A DNA stretch of 59,712 bases. It comes from Paratractidigestivibacter sp. (GTDB lineage: Bacteria; Planctomycetota; Planctomycetia; Pirellulales; Thermoguttaceae). The DNA is taken from contig CAVGEG010000002.1 in NCBI GenBank assembly GCA_963628165.1, forward strand, positions 20,678-80,389, given 5' to 3'. The position numbers and the translations under genes are program-made. Positions 1 to 10,252 of this stretch are shown piece after piece (positions within the stretch are counted from its first letter, which is position 1; each line of letters begins with the position of its first letter). The notes under the pieces were generated by a model. It saw only the letters and a program-made list of their open reading frames with translations. It searched no databases and was not told the DNA's origin.

Positions 1-13
1 CCTCCAATAGGAA

Positions 14-52
14 AGCGCCCGAACCGCATAAAAACGATTCGGGCGCTTTTTT
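14..52 (+). terminator. Rho-independent terminator for a + strand gene ending left of the window
   Basis: The 10-bp stem agcgcccgaa (14-23) pairs with ttcgggcgct (38-47) and is followed by TTTTTTATTT. On the minus strand it is followed by only 3 U. Confidence 0.5.
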
Positions 53-105
53 ATTTCTTGAAATCAACGACTGTCAAATCCGACGTCGAGCGCCAAAACG
101 ACGCG

Positions 106-3100
106 TCAAAAAGACGCCGCTACCTTTTGCAACGACCGCACTAAGCGCTTACGAGTCGTTTCGAGTCGAATATCGGCCCAGCACGCCCAGTCGCCGATCG
201 AATCCTTATGCGCGTCGGCAATGAAGCTCAACGTGACTTTTTGGCCGGTATACTGAATAAGATCCGCCTCTATCGGCAACCAGGGAGAGCCCATGAAATA
301 GACGCTAGCGACGGTCGTTTCCTGATCCTTAGGTTCTCCTTGAAGTCGCGCGGTGATTTTATACACGATTCCGTTACCCTGGTCGGAGCCGTCCCCCTTC
401 CCGACTTTCGCGCGAAGCGTTAGCGGCGTCTCCGCGGGCAACTCGACGTCGTATTCAAAATAGACGCAACCCGTGGGGCCGTTAAGATACGGCGGATGAA
501 CGCTATGCGCCCTTTTCTTTTCTCCCGAACACGAGACTTCGGTAATACTATTGAAAGAACCGGTTTCGCTCAGATTATCGGTCGGTTCTTGACCGTCGCG
601 CTGAATGAACGTACGCCCCGGATTCGTCTCGTCCATGAAGTTAAAATCGAAGGGGTCGCAAACTTCCTGGACTTTAAAATCGAAGACGAATTCGCCCCCG
701 TCGAAACTTGCGTCGATCGTTTCAGCCCCGACCTTCGTCGGCTTCGCCAGCTCTACAACCTTGAAATCCTCGGCTTTCTCCGTGGAAGCGAAGGAATATC
801 GCTTTCCCTTGAGAACGCCGTCTTCGCAACGGAATACGACGTTATGAGGGGAGACGACGAGGAAGTCGAGCGCGTCCCCAGTAGGAAGTTCCATCCAGAC
901 GTGTTCCGCGGTCTTCTTTGCAACCAAGGATTTCGCGCCGTCGACGCCCCACGCGCGTTCCTCAAAGTCGAAATCGCTCCCCGTGAAGGGATTGGGCGCA
1001 GTCCATTCGACGGTTTGACCGCCAACTTGAATCGTCGCTTTTTCTCCGGGAGCGACCTCAAATGGCGCGGTCGCGGCGTCGGTCGTCGCGGGCTCGTCCG
1101 TCGTCGTAATCATGTAGGAAACGGCGTTGGGGACGGGGGCGACGTAGGTGAAGCCGCGCGAAACGCGAAGCGTGGCGGGTCCGATCTCGGAGCGATCTTC
1201 GTCGAGCGCCACGGCGACGGCCTTCTTACCCTTCGTATCCAATCGGAACCCGACTTCACGGTCGTCGTATGGGATGATCTCGATACCCTCGTCGAGGAAG
1301 AGGCACGCCGCGGCGCCGGTTCCCTTGGCGAGTCGACGTTCCGTCCAAGAACCGCGACCGTCAAACCAGATATACTCGGGGGATTCGCAGTAGTCGAATC
1401 GCGCCCCGGCAGGGGAGATGAAGGATTCGACCAAGACTTTGCCGTCGGCGGTCCAAGCTACGTATCCGTTCGGGGGAAGCGCGAGGTCGCGACCTTCGAT
1501 CGTCGCGCGCATCGGCTCGGTAGTCGACCCGTTCGAGACGACGATCGTGCCGTCCTTGTAGCGCAACGCGACTTGACTGCGGGAGACAATATCAAGCGCG
1601 AGGGCTTCCGACGTCGCGTGGCCGACGCCGTCCGCGTCGTAGTATTGGATCGTATCGATCGACGCCTGAGTGTAGTAGCTCGCAATCTGCTGGATCATGA
1701 AGTACGTGCGCGCGCCGTAGATTCGACCGTAATCCTCCGCAAAGAAACCGGAATGTCCAAACGCCAACGTCGCGGCGTTAAAGCGATCGATAAGAGCGAT
1801 CCGCTCCGCGTCGGTTTGAGGATAGTAACCGGGGGCGAACATTCCTACGTTCCCCATGCCGAAATCGACCTCGAGGTCGTGCATTTTCAGAAGGTCGAAA
1901 TCGACGAGCCACGGGTTCAAGAACATATTGTAAGGTTGATCCTGGCCGTAATTACCGTCCGTCAGGCCCGCGTAGAAGCAATGGTGCGGTCCTTCTGAAT
2001 AGGTTGGCCCCCCCCATGCTTGCTTCTGAAGAAGGAAGATTTCTCCGTAGGGATAGAAGACGCTCATGAACGTCCCGGCGCCGGGGACGCGTTCGTCGTA
2101 GTCGGTGCGCGTCCACGCGGGGACGGAAGAGTGAACGTCGCAATAAGCGCAGGAGAATTTGAACTTTTCTTCGTTAAGAGGAGACAGTTTTTCGCAATAT
2201 TCGACGGCGCGCGTCGGTTTCGGCGCATAGCAACGCGCCCACGCGGTTCCGAGGGACCAGTCGGCGTGGCGGTTAATCATATCGGGGGACCAATATTCGT
2301 TGACGGGCGCAAAGTCAGTGAAGTTGTTGTAGAGGCCGTAGACGTATCCGAGCGTATCCTGCATGAAGCGGGAATAATCGATCCATCCTTCGTCGCCCCC
2401 CTTCTTAGGCGCGGGCTTCGTGCGGAAGGTGAAGCTTTCGCCGCCGTCGCGCCAGCAGACCTCATGGTCGGTAACGATCATATGACGGATTCCTCGACGC
2501 TGAATGGAAGACCAATGGGCCTTATCGCCTTCGCGCGTCGTCGCGCCATGCGATCTCCAGACGCCCTTCCCCGCGACGTCGCGATAGGGAGACGCGGGGT
2601 TGGCAATCGTTGGGAGGGTCTCTTCGAAAGAGGGAGAGAAGGTCACGATGAAACGTTCGTAGACGTCGTTGCGCTTCCCGTCGGTCTTCACGCGGTATTC
2701 CGCGGAGCCGTTGAGGATCGCGATAGCGGAGACGCCCTTGTCAGGCTGAGCGTCAGAAGCGCCGTGGTCGCCCCTCAAATAGGACGCGCCGCTACGATAC
2801 CAGTCGATATGCGCGCTCGCGTAGATCGGCTCGGCTTTATCCCCTTGCGGGCAAATGAGGCCGATACCTGGGCGTTTGTTGTAGTCGTAAAGATAGTACG
2901 GGACGGTGAAGACGCGCGAGGATTTGAGCCCGGTCGTTTTTCCAAAGGCGACCTCGGGGACGCGTCCTCCCTTCGCCAGCGTGTCAATAATCAGGCTCTT
3001 GCCTTTGATCTGCAGGCGATATTCGACTTCCGTCTCCGCGGTTTTCGACTTCAAAAGCCACCGCGCGGAGTACCCTTCGTCTAAATTTTTGAACTCGAGA

Positions 3101-4095
3101 AGCTCCGCTTTTTCGACATTCTCGATCGAGCCGTCGGCTCCGACGAGTTTCGTCACGCCCCCTTCGGAGCACGGTTTGAAGCGCTCTCCTCTTCCCCATC
3201 GCGCGGAGAGATCGGACCAATTCCCCGATTGAGGACGATATTCGTAGACCAGAACGCCGTCGTGTCCTTCATAGACGAAGTCGCACGAATCGTCGTAAAA
3301 ATGCGTCGCGGGTTTGATCAGTTGTTTCGCCGAATCTGGCAGAATCGTGTCGGGAGTCGTCGGAAATGGCAGACGTCCTTCTCCGGCGTTGATCCCTAAT
3401 GGCTGTCCCTCGAAGAGATCGATTCCAGGTTTGGCGCGGAGTTTGAATTCCAGCGACTGACGGTCTTCTTTGAAGACGCAGAAGGAATCGAAATACAGAG
3501 AGCTGGGAACCGCGCTCGACCCGTTTCTCACGCGAAATCCGCTAAACTGAGCGCCGTCTTTCATCGCGTCTTGGACGTTTTGCGGAATCTTCATGTAGCA
3601 CAAAAACCATTCTCGCCAATTGACATGAGCGAGGTTGACTTCATATTCGCGTCCCTTCGAGTCGCGAAGTAGCGCCGAGATGTTGACGCGCGGCGTCTCC
3701 GGGGGATTAACCCACACCCAGTTGTTTCCGTAGATCCAACAGGAGCAGAAATCAGCGTCGGCGGGAACGTCGATCGGCTTCGGGGGGCGCATCGTGACGA
3801 CATAGGGAGCCGCCGCGCCTTTCTTTGCGTTATACGTCAATTTCGCGACGTACTTTCCATACATTTGCTCTTCGCGCGTGCGTTCGAAGGTCGCTTCGGA
3901 GTTCTCCGTTTCGACGATCCATCCGTCGAGAGACTCGAAATCAACAATCGGATCGCGAACCTCTTCCGTTCGGTTAGCCCAAACCATTTCGTAAGGACGT
4001 TCGCCGACTTTTTCTTGTTCCTGCGCAACGCCTAAAGGAGCGGACGAGGCAAGAAAAATCGCCGCGAGCGCCCATCGTTTTAATCGTCGACTCAT
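106..4095 (-). CDS. Large secreted protein of unknown function (about 1329 aa)
   Basis: A long ORF runs 106..4152. An internal ATG at 4095 is preceded by AGAGGAGG and begins MSRRLKRWALAAIFLASSAPLGVAQE, which looks like a signal peptide. I recognise no confident catalytic motif. Confidence 0.8.
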   Translation of the reverse strand: MSRRLKRWALAAIFLASSAPLGVAQEQEKVGERPYEMVWANRTEEVRDPIVDFESLDGWIVETENSEATFERTREEQMYGKYVAKLTYNAKKGAAAPYVVTMRPPKPIDVPADADFCSCWIYGNNWVWVNPPETPRVNISALLRDSKGREYEVNLAHVNWREWFLCYMKIPQNVQDAMKDGAQFSGFRVRNGSSAVPSSLYFDSFCVFKEDRQSLEFKLRAKPGIDLFEGQPLGINAGEGRLPFPTTPDTILPDSAKQLIKPATHFYDDSCDFVYEGHDGVLVYEYRPQSGNWSDLSARWGRGERFKPCSEGGVTKLVGADGSIENVEKAELLEFKNLDEGYSARWLLKSKTAETEVEYRLQIKGKSLIIDTLAKGGRVPEVAFGKTTGLKSSRVFTVPYYLYDYNKRPGIGLICPQGDKAEPIYASAHIDWYRSGASYLRGDHGASDAQPDKGVSAIAILNGSAEYRVKTDGKRNDVYERFIVTFSPSFEETLPTIANPASPYRDVAGKGVWRSHGATTREGDKAHWSSIQRRGIRHMIVTDHEVCWRDGGESFTFRTKPAPKKGGDEGWIDYSRFMQDTLGYVYGLYNNFTDFAPVNEYWSPDMINRHADWSLGTAWARCYAPKPTRAVEYCEKLSPLNEEKFKFSCAYCDVHSSVPAWTRTDYDERVPGAGTFMSVFYPYGEIFLLQKQAWGGPTYSEGPHHCFYAGLTDGNYGQDQPYNMFLNPWLVDFDLLKMHDLEVDFGMGNVGMFAPGYYPQTDAERIALIDRFNAATLAFGHSGFFAEDYGRIYGARTYFMIQQIASYYTQASIDTIQYYDADGVGHATSEALALDIVSRSQVALRYKDGTIVVSNGSTTEPMRATIEGRDLALPPNGYVAWTADGKVLVESFISPAGARFDYCESPEYIWFDGRGSWTERRLAKGTGAAACLFLDEGIEIIPYDDREVGFRLDTKGKKAVAVALDEDRSEIGPATLRVSRGFTYVAPVPNAVSYMITTTDEPATTDAATAPFEVAPGEKATIQVGGQTVEWTAPNPFTGSDFDFEERAWGVDGAKSLVAKKTAEHVWMELPTGDALDFLVVSPHNVVFRCEDGVLKGKRYSFASTEKAEDFKVVELAKPTKVGAETIDASFDGGEFVFDFKVQEVCDPFDFNFMDETNPGRTFIQRDGQEPTDNLSETGSFNSITEVSCSGEKKRAHSVHPPYLNGPTGCVYFEYDVELPAETPLTLRAKVGKGDGSDQGNGIVYKITARLQGEPKDQETTVASVYFMGSPWLPIEADLIQYTGQKVTLSFIADAHKDSIGDWACWADIRLETTRKRLVRSLQKVAASF

Positions 4096-4193
4096 GAGAA
4101 AACCTCCTCTGAGATGCTGATTACCGTTATTGAGAGAGACGCGCCCTTTCATTAAAGTCCAAGCGCGTCGGAGTAAACAAATCGAGAAAAAGA

Positions 4194-5045
4194 TTATAGC
4201 TTTTTAATCGAGTTAATCATCACCAGGAGCGACACGCCGCAAATGAGCGTCGCAAACGCCGGCAACGGGCCAAAGTTGCCGCCGATAATTGCGACGAGAA
4301 CCATAAGAAAGATAAACTCGAAGCCCCCCTTCTTCCCTTGGGGCGTCGATTTCTCTTCAAAAAACGCCTTCGGATCTTGCATAGGCGAGATCGGCTTCCC
4401 CGTTCGGGGATCAAAACGCCTTTCCTGATTATTTTGCGCGTCGATTTGCGGCTTCCAATTTGGATCTAAAGGCTTGCCGGTTTTGGGATCGAATCGGGGC
4501 GTCGATATCTCCGCTGCGCGCGTTTGCGCCGCGTTCGGCGATTTCGGCGGCGTGAATAGCGGGGTCTCCCGAACTTTCGGCGCGGACGCTTTCGGAGCGA
4601 CGGGCTTTGGCGTCGCGTTAAAGGTCGGCTGAGGAGTCGGTTTTGGCGTAGGTTGCGACGTCGGCGGCGATTTGGGCGTGGGTTGCGGAATCAGCTTTGG
4701 CGTCGGCGTCTGGGTCGACTTTGGGAACGCCGCGGAGACGGAACTCGGAGTCGACGGCGTCGCGATCGACTCAGGGGCAAAACGAGACGCGTCGGGATCG
4801 CACGGCGTCGGGGGTAGCTTCTGTCCGCGCTTGATTTGGCGATCAATCTCCGCGTTGAAATAGTCGGCGCCCGCGTCGGAACGCGTTAGCCGCGCGTCGT
4901 CGCGCGGCTCAAAGGACGCGAGAAATTCGTCTAACGTCGTCGTCTCGAGTCGCGTCGGAGCGAATTCTTCTTGTTGCGACAAGCGCTGAAGGTCTTCTTT
5001 CTTCGCCTCAATTTCACCATGAGGTAATTCTTGATCGTCTTTCAT
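4194..5045 (-). CDS. Proline-rich, C-terminally membrane-anchored protein
   Basis: The ORF track gives 4194..5078 with a TTG start. The ATG at 5045 is preceded by AAGGAG at 6 nt. The protein has a PTPKP-type low-complexity core, a duplicated RFDPxTGKP motif and a C-terminal TM segment (FIFLMVLVAIIGGNFGPLPAFATLICGVSLLV). Confidence 0.6.
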   Translation of the reverse strand: MKDDQELPHGEIEAKKEDLQRLSQQEEFAPTRLETTTLDEFLASFEPRDDARLTRSDAGADYFNAEIDRQIKRGQKLPPTPCDPDASRFAPESIATPSTPSSVSAAFPKSTQTPTPKLIPQPTPKSPPTSQPTPKPTPQPTFNATPKPVAPKASAPKVRETPLFTPPKSPNAAQTRAAEISTPRFDPKTGKPLDPNWKPQIDAQNNQERRFDPRTGKPISPMQDPKAFFEEKSTPQGKKGGFEFIFLMVLVAIIGGNFGPLPAFATLICGVSLLVMINSIKKL

Positions 5046-5133
5046 AAGCGGCTCCTTAAAAACAACGGCGTCAGTCAATACGTAATTACCCTCCTAAGTA
5101 TAGAGATCGTAAGAGATAAATCAAGAATTTTCA

Positions 5134-7212
5134 CTACGCATTCTTTTCCTGAATCATCGAGTTGAACTCTTCCTCCGTCTTTAGAGGAATGCCGAGTTCG
5201 TTCGCTTTGTCGATCTTGCTTTGCCCCGGCTTGGCGCCGACGAGGAGAAAGTCCGTTTTCTTCGAAGCCGAGGACGTCGCCTTCCCTCCCAAACGCTCGA
5301 TCGTCTCTTTAATCTCCACGCGACCATATCCGTCAAGGGTTCCCGTCACGCAGATCGTTTTTCCTTCCAGCGGTCGGAATTGACTCTCCGGATTCGTCGT
5401 CTCTTCAGGAAGCTCCATCTCCAACCCTTCGTCGCGCAATTCCGAAATGATGCGCGCGCCGTTGGGAGAATGGAAGAAATGATAAAGATTTTCGGCCAAA
5501 ATTTTTCCGATACCGTCGACAACGGCGAAATCATCGGCGCGTTCGACCTCTTCGATCCCCTTAAAACCGCGATATTTATTCACGATCGCCTTAGCGGTTT
5601 GCACGCCGATTCCCTGAATAGAAAGAGCGGCGAGAAGTCTTGCTGGCCCCGCGGTTTTGCTCGCGGCAATCGCTTTGATTAACTTCTCGGCGGAGCGTTT
5701 TTGAAACCCTTCCAGATTTAAAAGGTCTTCAACTTTGAGTCGATATAGATCGGCGAAGCTTTTAACGAGAACGCGCGGTTCCTCTAGGAGGCCTGCGAGG
5801 GACGGGGAGGTCAGTTTTTCCACGAGGGAATCGCCGACGCCGTCGATATCCATCGCGCCTTTCGACGCGAAAAACGCGAGTCTTTCGCGAAATTGCGCGG
5901 GGCACTCAGGGTCGGTGCAACGAATGAACACGCCGTCTGGATCGCGCCGCAGTTCCGCACCGCAACTGGGGCACGCCGTCGGAAAAACGTACGGCGGGTG
6001 CGGATCGTTGGGATCGCGCAAGTACGTTTCGACCCTGACGACGTTGGGAATGATTTTACCCGCTTTTTCCACGACGACGACGTCGCCGACGCGCACCCCC
6101 AAAGTTTTGATAATTTCAACGTTATGAAGACTCGCGCGGGAAACGATCGTCCCGGCGATCGACGCGGGCTCCAGCTCCGCGACGGGGGTGACGACGCCCG
6201 ACTTTCCGACCTGAACGATAATATCGCGAACGCGGGTCGTGGCTTCGTATTTCTCGAATTTGCAGGCGACGACCCATTTCGGATATTTAGCGGTCGCGCC
6301 GATTTCTTCGCGCGCGGCGAAGTCGTCGACTTTTAAGACGATACCGTCCGCCTCGAAATCGAGCTCTTGCATCTTCTCCTGCATCTCGGGGACGTACGCC
6401 GCCGCTTCTTCGAACGTGTCGAAACGTTTAATAAGAGGAGCCGTCGCAAATCCGAATCCGCGCAACTTTTGCATAAACACAAAATGGGTCGACGCCACCT
6501 CGCCGGGATCGGTGCCGGTAGAATGGGCGAAGAATCGCAACCTTCGCTCGGAGCAGACCTTCGGATCGCGTTGCTTAATCGTCCCGGCGGTAAGATTTCG
6601 CGCGTTGGCGTACGGTTTGAAGTCGCGTCCCGTCGCGAGAGCGAGGGCGCGCGCTTCCTCGTTAAGGCGCGACAAATTCGAGTTGGTCATATAGATTTCG
6701 CCGCGCGCCTCCAAGAACGCGGGGGCGTCGGCGGGGAGGCGTAGGGGAACGTCGCGAATCGTTCGGGCGTTGGCGGTGATATCTTCGCCAAAGACGCCGT
6801 CGCCGCGCGTCAGAGCGCGTTTAAACTCGCGATTCTCATAGATCAACGACGCGGCGACGCCGTCGATTTTGAGCTCGCAAACCCACGCCAACGGAGAGCT
6901 GAACCCTTTCTGAGCGGACTGTGCAAACTCGCGCAACTCCTCTTCGTCGTAGACGTTCGCAATCGAAAGCATCGGGATTTCATGACGCACGACCTCGCCC
7001 CTCCCCTCCAATTTTTCGCCGACGCGCCGCGTGGGGCTCGAATCGCTCGCTAAATCGGGAAATTCGCGTTCAAGAGCCTCCAAACGTTTCATCATAAAAT
7101 CGTATTCATGATCGGAAACGTCGGGGGTCGCTTCCACGTAATAGAGTTGGTCGCATCGAAGAATTTCACGCGTCAGGCGTTCGATTTCACGTTCGGCTTC
7201 AGTTCGCGTCAT
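5134..7212 (-). CDS. ligA: NAD+-dependent DNA ligase
   Basis: It has the KxDG adenylation motif (CELKIDGVA), a Cys4 zinc finger (CPSCGAEL...CTDPECPAQ), an HhH region and a C-terminal BRCT-like segment (ICVTGTL...FLLVGAKPGQSKIDKANELGI). The start is taken at MTRTEAERE (7212). Confidence 0.95.
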   Translation of the reverse strand: MTRTEAEREIERLTREILRCDQLYYVEATPDVSDHEYDFMMKRLEALEREFPDLASDSSPTRRVGEKLEGRGEVVRHEIPMLSIANVYDEEELREFAQSAQKGFSSPLAWVCELKIDGVAASLIYENREFKRALTRGDGVFGEDITANARTIRDVPLRLPADAPAFLEARGEIYMTNSNLSRLNEEARALALATGRDFKPYANARNLTAGTIKQRDPKVCSERRLRFFAHSTGTDPGEVASTHFVFMQKLRGFGFATAPLIKRFDTFEEAAAYVPEMQEKMQELDFEADGIVLKVDDFAAREEIGATAKYPKWVVACKFEKYEATTRVRDIIVQVGKSGVVTPVAELEPASIAGTIVSRASLHNVEIIKTLGVRVGDVVVVEKAGKIIPNVVRVETYLRDPNDPHPPYVFPTACPSCGAELRRDPDGVFIRCTDPECPAQFRERLAFFASKGAMDIDGVGDSLVEKLTSPSLAGLLEEPRVLVKSFADLYRLKVEDLLNLEGFQKRSAEKLIKAIAASKTAGPARLLAALSIQGIGVQTAKAIVNKYRGFKGIEEVERADDFAVVDGIGKILAENLYHFFHSPNGARIISELRDEGLEMELPEETTNPESQFRPLEGKTICVTGTLDGYGRVEIKETIERLGGKATSSASKKTDFLLVGAKPGQSKIDKANELGIPLKTEEEFNSMIQEKNA

Positions 7213-7257
7213 GGAAAGCTCTCTCGATCGATTAAAAAAGGAAGTATCGCGCAAGCG

Positions 7258-8346
7258 CTATTCGTTGTAAATATTGCAGAACCGTCGCAACGCGTCGGCG
7301 GAATCGAACCCTAGACTGTTAAGATTTCGAATATTCGCACGTAGATCGCGCCCAAGGAGAGCGCCGGCGAGGGTGATCGCCGCGTCGGCGACAGGCGTCG
7401 CGGTTCCGACGGCGGCGCCCAAAGAGACGAGGAGCCCCAGCCCGTTAGGAACGTCTTCCGTGAGATAACGCGTGTCGAGTGCGCTAGGGCCTTTTGGACC
7501 GCCGTCGCGCGCATATCGCCAAAAGGACTTCATCGGCTCGACGTCCGGATCGGGATCGCTTCGAAAGGCGCAATCTTGCAGATAAGTGGCCGGACTACCG
7601 CCAAAAGCCTCCTGCACGCGCATTTTCTCGGAGTCGAGCGCTTCGACAAGGCGCCACACGGAAGGAGTGAACGCCTCGCGATACATCCAAAAATCGCCGC
7701 CGCTATACTCGATGCGCGACGCGGACGTAAGACAACCGAGGGTGTGCAAAATGAGATTCGGATTGCGCAACGCGGCGTCGACAACGTTGGCGCGCGCGTA
7801 ACGATACGTGTCGACAAGACTCGACGCGAGCGCGAGCCCTTCGTCGATCGTCGCAGGGTCAAGGAATCCCAGCGCGTTGCGATAGTTCTTGAAGCAGATG
7901 CGCACGACGCCGGGTTCTTCGATCCGCGCGTCGTAGGCAAGGGATTCCCCTTCCGCGTAAATAGCGCAACGATCGCCCAAGGCGCGTCGAAAGATCGTCG
8001 ATCCTAGATAACCGGGAGCGACAAGGAGCGCCTTAGCGCGGGCGTCCGTCGCGCTAAGAGCCGACGCGACGGCGTTGTGACGCGTCGTCAGCGTGAGAAT
8101 AAGGAGCGCGTCGAAACTCTCGGCAAACGCCTCTTTAGGGTCGCGCGTCGCCTTTTCTAGGGGAACGAAGACTTCGGATCCGTCGACGTCGCGCATCGTC
8201 ATGCCGCCGCGAATACGCGTCGCCTCAAAATGCTCCTCGTGAATCGCGTCGGACGTCTTTAACAACGTGACGTTATGTCCTTCAAGGGACAACTTGCAAG
8301 CATACGCGCTTCCCGCATTCCCTGCGCCAACAACGCAAACCTTCAT
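7258..8346 (-). CDS. NAD(P)-dependent opine (octopine/nopaline) dehydrogenase family oxidoreductase
   Basis: The N-terminus is a Rossmann motif (VCVVGAGNAGSAYA). The C-terminal half matches opine dehydrogenase-like blocks (GDFWMYREAFTPSV, RYLTEDVPNGL). Confidence 0.7.
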   Translation of the reverse strand: MKVCVVGAGNAGSAYACKLSLEGHNVTLLKTSDAIHEEHFEATRIRGGMTMRDVDGSEVFVPLEKATRDPKEAFAESFDALLILTLTTRHNAVASALSATDARAKALLVAPGYLGSTIFRRALGDRCAIYAEGESLAYDARIEEPGVVRICFKNYRNALGFLDPATIDEGLALASSLVDTYRYARANVVDAALRNPNLILHTLGCLTSASRIEYSGGDFWMYREAFTPSVWRLVEALDSEKMRVQEAFGGSPATYLQDCAFRSDPDPDVEPMKSFWRYARDGGPKGPSALDTRYLTEDVPNGLGLLVSLGAAVGTATPVADAAITLAGALLGRDLRANIRNLNSLGFDSADALRRFCNIYNE

Positions 8347-8603
8347 TTTTTACCACACAGTCTTTCTATTCTTGTTTGCAAGACGCGCGCTCCTCGCGCG
8401 ACTCTATGTTTAAGCGTTATCATATGGGAGCGAAGGGAAAGCGTCAAGCGCAAAGAGCTCCTCTAATGAAAGAACTCTCTACTTTTATTGTACATTTTAT
8501 CCAGTATACTAAACAAAACTGTTTGGACGTTCGAGTCGTCACAGCGACCGACGTTCCTCTTCATATTGACGTTCGCCGCCCCGCGGCAAGCAAGGATATT
8601 TCA

Positions 8604-10100
8604 ATGGCGGAAGAAAAAAAATACGATATCGGTTTGATGGGTCTGGCGGTCATGGGCCAGAATCTCGTTTTGAACATGGTGGATCATGGCTTTGACGTCG
8701 CGGTCTTCAACCGCACGACTAGTAAGGTCGACGATTTCCTCGCGACCCCCGAAGCGCAGTCCAAGGGCGATAAGCTCACCGGCGCGCACTCCCTCAAAGA
8801 GCTGGTTTCCAAGCTCAAGAGCCCTCGCAAAATCATGCTGATGATTAAGTCGAAAGACGCCGTTCCCGCTCCTGAACTCGCGCTCTATCCCGAGAACGCG
8901 GCGGTCGACGCGGTCATCGCCGAACTTCTTCCCCTTCTCGATAAGGGCGACGTCATCATCGACGGCGGCAACACGCAATTCAAAGACACCGAACGTCGTA
9001 CGCAATACCTCCAGCAGCACGGCGTCCGTTACATCGGCACGGGCGTTTCCGGAGGAGAAGAAGGCGCGCGGCGAGGTCCGAGCATGATGCCCGGCGGCGA
9101 TCCTGAAGCGTGGCCTCTCGTGAAACCGATTTTCCAGGCGATCTCCGCGAAAGTCGGTCCGAATCACGACGTTCCTTGTTGCGATTGGATCGGCGATCGC
9201 GGCGCCGGGCACTATGTCAAAATGGTGCACAACGGGGTCGAATACGGCGACATGCAGATCATCAGCGACGCTTACTGGATTCTCAAAAATGCGCTGGGTC
9301 TCACCAACAAAGAACTTTACGAAACCTTTGCCGAATGGAACAAGACGGAGCTCGACAGCTATCTCGTCGAAATCACGCGCGATATCTTCACGGTCGACGA
9401 TCCCGAAACGGGCAAGCCGCTCCTCGATCTTATTCTCGATTGCGCGGGCGCGAAAGGCACGGGCAAATGGATGAGCCAGTTGGCTCTCGACCTTGGCGTT
9501 CCGAGCACGCTCGTGACGGAAGCGGTCTACGCGCGCGCGATCTCCGCGATGAAGTCGCAACGCGTCAACGCGAGCAAAGCGCTCTCGGGCCCCGCGACGA
9601 AATTCGAAGGGAATCGCGACGAATTCATCGCGCAGGTCAAGCAAGCGCTTTATGCGTCGAAGATCTGTAGCTACGCGCAAGGTTTCGTCCAAATGCAAGC
9701 CGCCGCGAAAGAATACGGCTGGACCTTGGATTGCGGACGCATCGCCCTTCTCTGGCGCGGCGGTTGCATCATCCGCGCGGTATTCCTTGAACGCATCAAG
9801 GAAGCGTTCGACAAGAACCCCGAGCTCGAAAACCTCCTCCTCGATCCTTACTTCAAGGCGTCGGTCGAGAACGCGCAGTCCGCTTGGCGAAACGTCGTCA
9901 AAACGGCGATCGAACTCGGCGTTCCGACGCCCGGTTTCACGACCGCGCTCACCTATTACGACAGCCTCCGCTCCGCGTCGCTCCCCGCGAACATGATCCA
10001 GGCGCAGCGCGACTACTTCGGCGCCCACACCTATCTGCGCGTTGACAAACCCGGCGAAGGTCCCTTCCACACCGATTGGATCAACGTTAAGAAGAGCTGA
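8604..10100 (+). CDS. gnd: 6-phosphogluconate dehydrogenase, decarboxylating
   Basis: The protein is gnd-like over its full length (IGLMGLAVMGQNLVLNM, IIDGGNT, GAGHYVKMVHNGVEYGDMQ, RDYFGAHTY). The ORF extends up to 8376, but homology begins at MAEEKKYDIG (ATG 8604). Confidence 0.93.
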   Translation: MAEEKKYDIGLMGLAVMGQNLVLNMVDHGFDVAVFNRTTSKVDDFLATPEAQSKGDKLTGAHSLKELVSKLKSPRKIMLMIKSKDAVPAPELALYPENAAVDAVIAELLPLLDKGDVIIDGGNTQFKDTERRTQYLQQHGVRYIGTGVSGGEEGARRGPSMMPGGDPEAWPLVKPIFQAISAKVGPNHDVPCCDWIGDRGAGHYVKMVHNGVEYGDMQIISDAYWILKNALGLTNKELYETFAEWNKTELDSYLVEITRDIFTVDDPETGKPLLDLILDCAGAKGTGKWMSQLALDLGVPSTLVTEAVYARAISAMKSQRVNASKALSGPATKFEGNRDEFIAQVKQALYASKICSYAQGFVQMQAAAKEYGWTLDCGRIALLWRGGCIIRAVFLERIKEAFDKNPELENLLLDPYFKASVENAQSAWRNVVKTAIELGVPTPGFTTALTYYDSLRSASLPANMIQAQRDYFGAHTYLRVDKPGEGPFHTDWINVKKS

Positions 10101-10122
10101 TCTTCCGCAATGATTCAACGTT

Positions 10123-10160
10123 AAAAAAAGAGCCTCGGCGTTCGCGTCGAGGCTCTTTTA
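10123..10160 (+). terminator. Rho-independent terminator after gnd
   Basis: The stem agagcctcg (10129-10137) pairs with cgaggctct (10148-10156), with an A-run before it and TTTTA after it. Confidence 0.6.
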
Positions 10161-10193
10161 TCGCGTCTTCATCATTCAACGCGCGTCGTCCAA

Positions 10194-10223
10194 TAAAAAA
10201 ACGCCCTACTTAAAACAGGGCGT
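10194..10223 (-). terminator. Rho-independent terminator after the poly-Asn protein gene
   Basis: The stem acgccct (10201-10207) pairs with agggcgt (10217-10223). Read on the minus strand, it is followed by TTTTTTTA. Confidence 0.6.
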
Positions 10224-10252
10224 TTCGTTTATTCAGGCAAATTCGGAGTCGC

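Noticed and set aside
8376-8603. A 76-codon N-terminal extension of gnd in the ORF track.
   Set aside because: Homology to 6-phosphogluconate dehydrogenase starts at MAEEKKYDIG (8604). The upstream part overlaps the divergent promoter region.
8601-10118. A 505-aa ORF antisense to gnd. Similar very long antisense ORFs occur at 496..1998, 2020..3084, 10418..11611, 12239..13333, 13670..15412, 19161..20075, 27113..29185, 30146..32740, 34064..35050, 37165..38205, 38822..39751, 39748..41397, 42226..43245, 46316..48910, 51251..52198 and 54849..55616.
   Set aside because: Each lies opposite a gene with strong, motif-level homology. Their translations are Arg/Gly/Asp/Val-rich low-information sequences with no Shine-Dalgarno site or recognisable domain. 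They are typical shadow ORFs from GC-biased codon usage.
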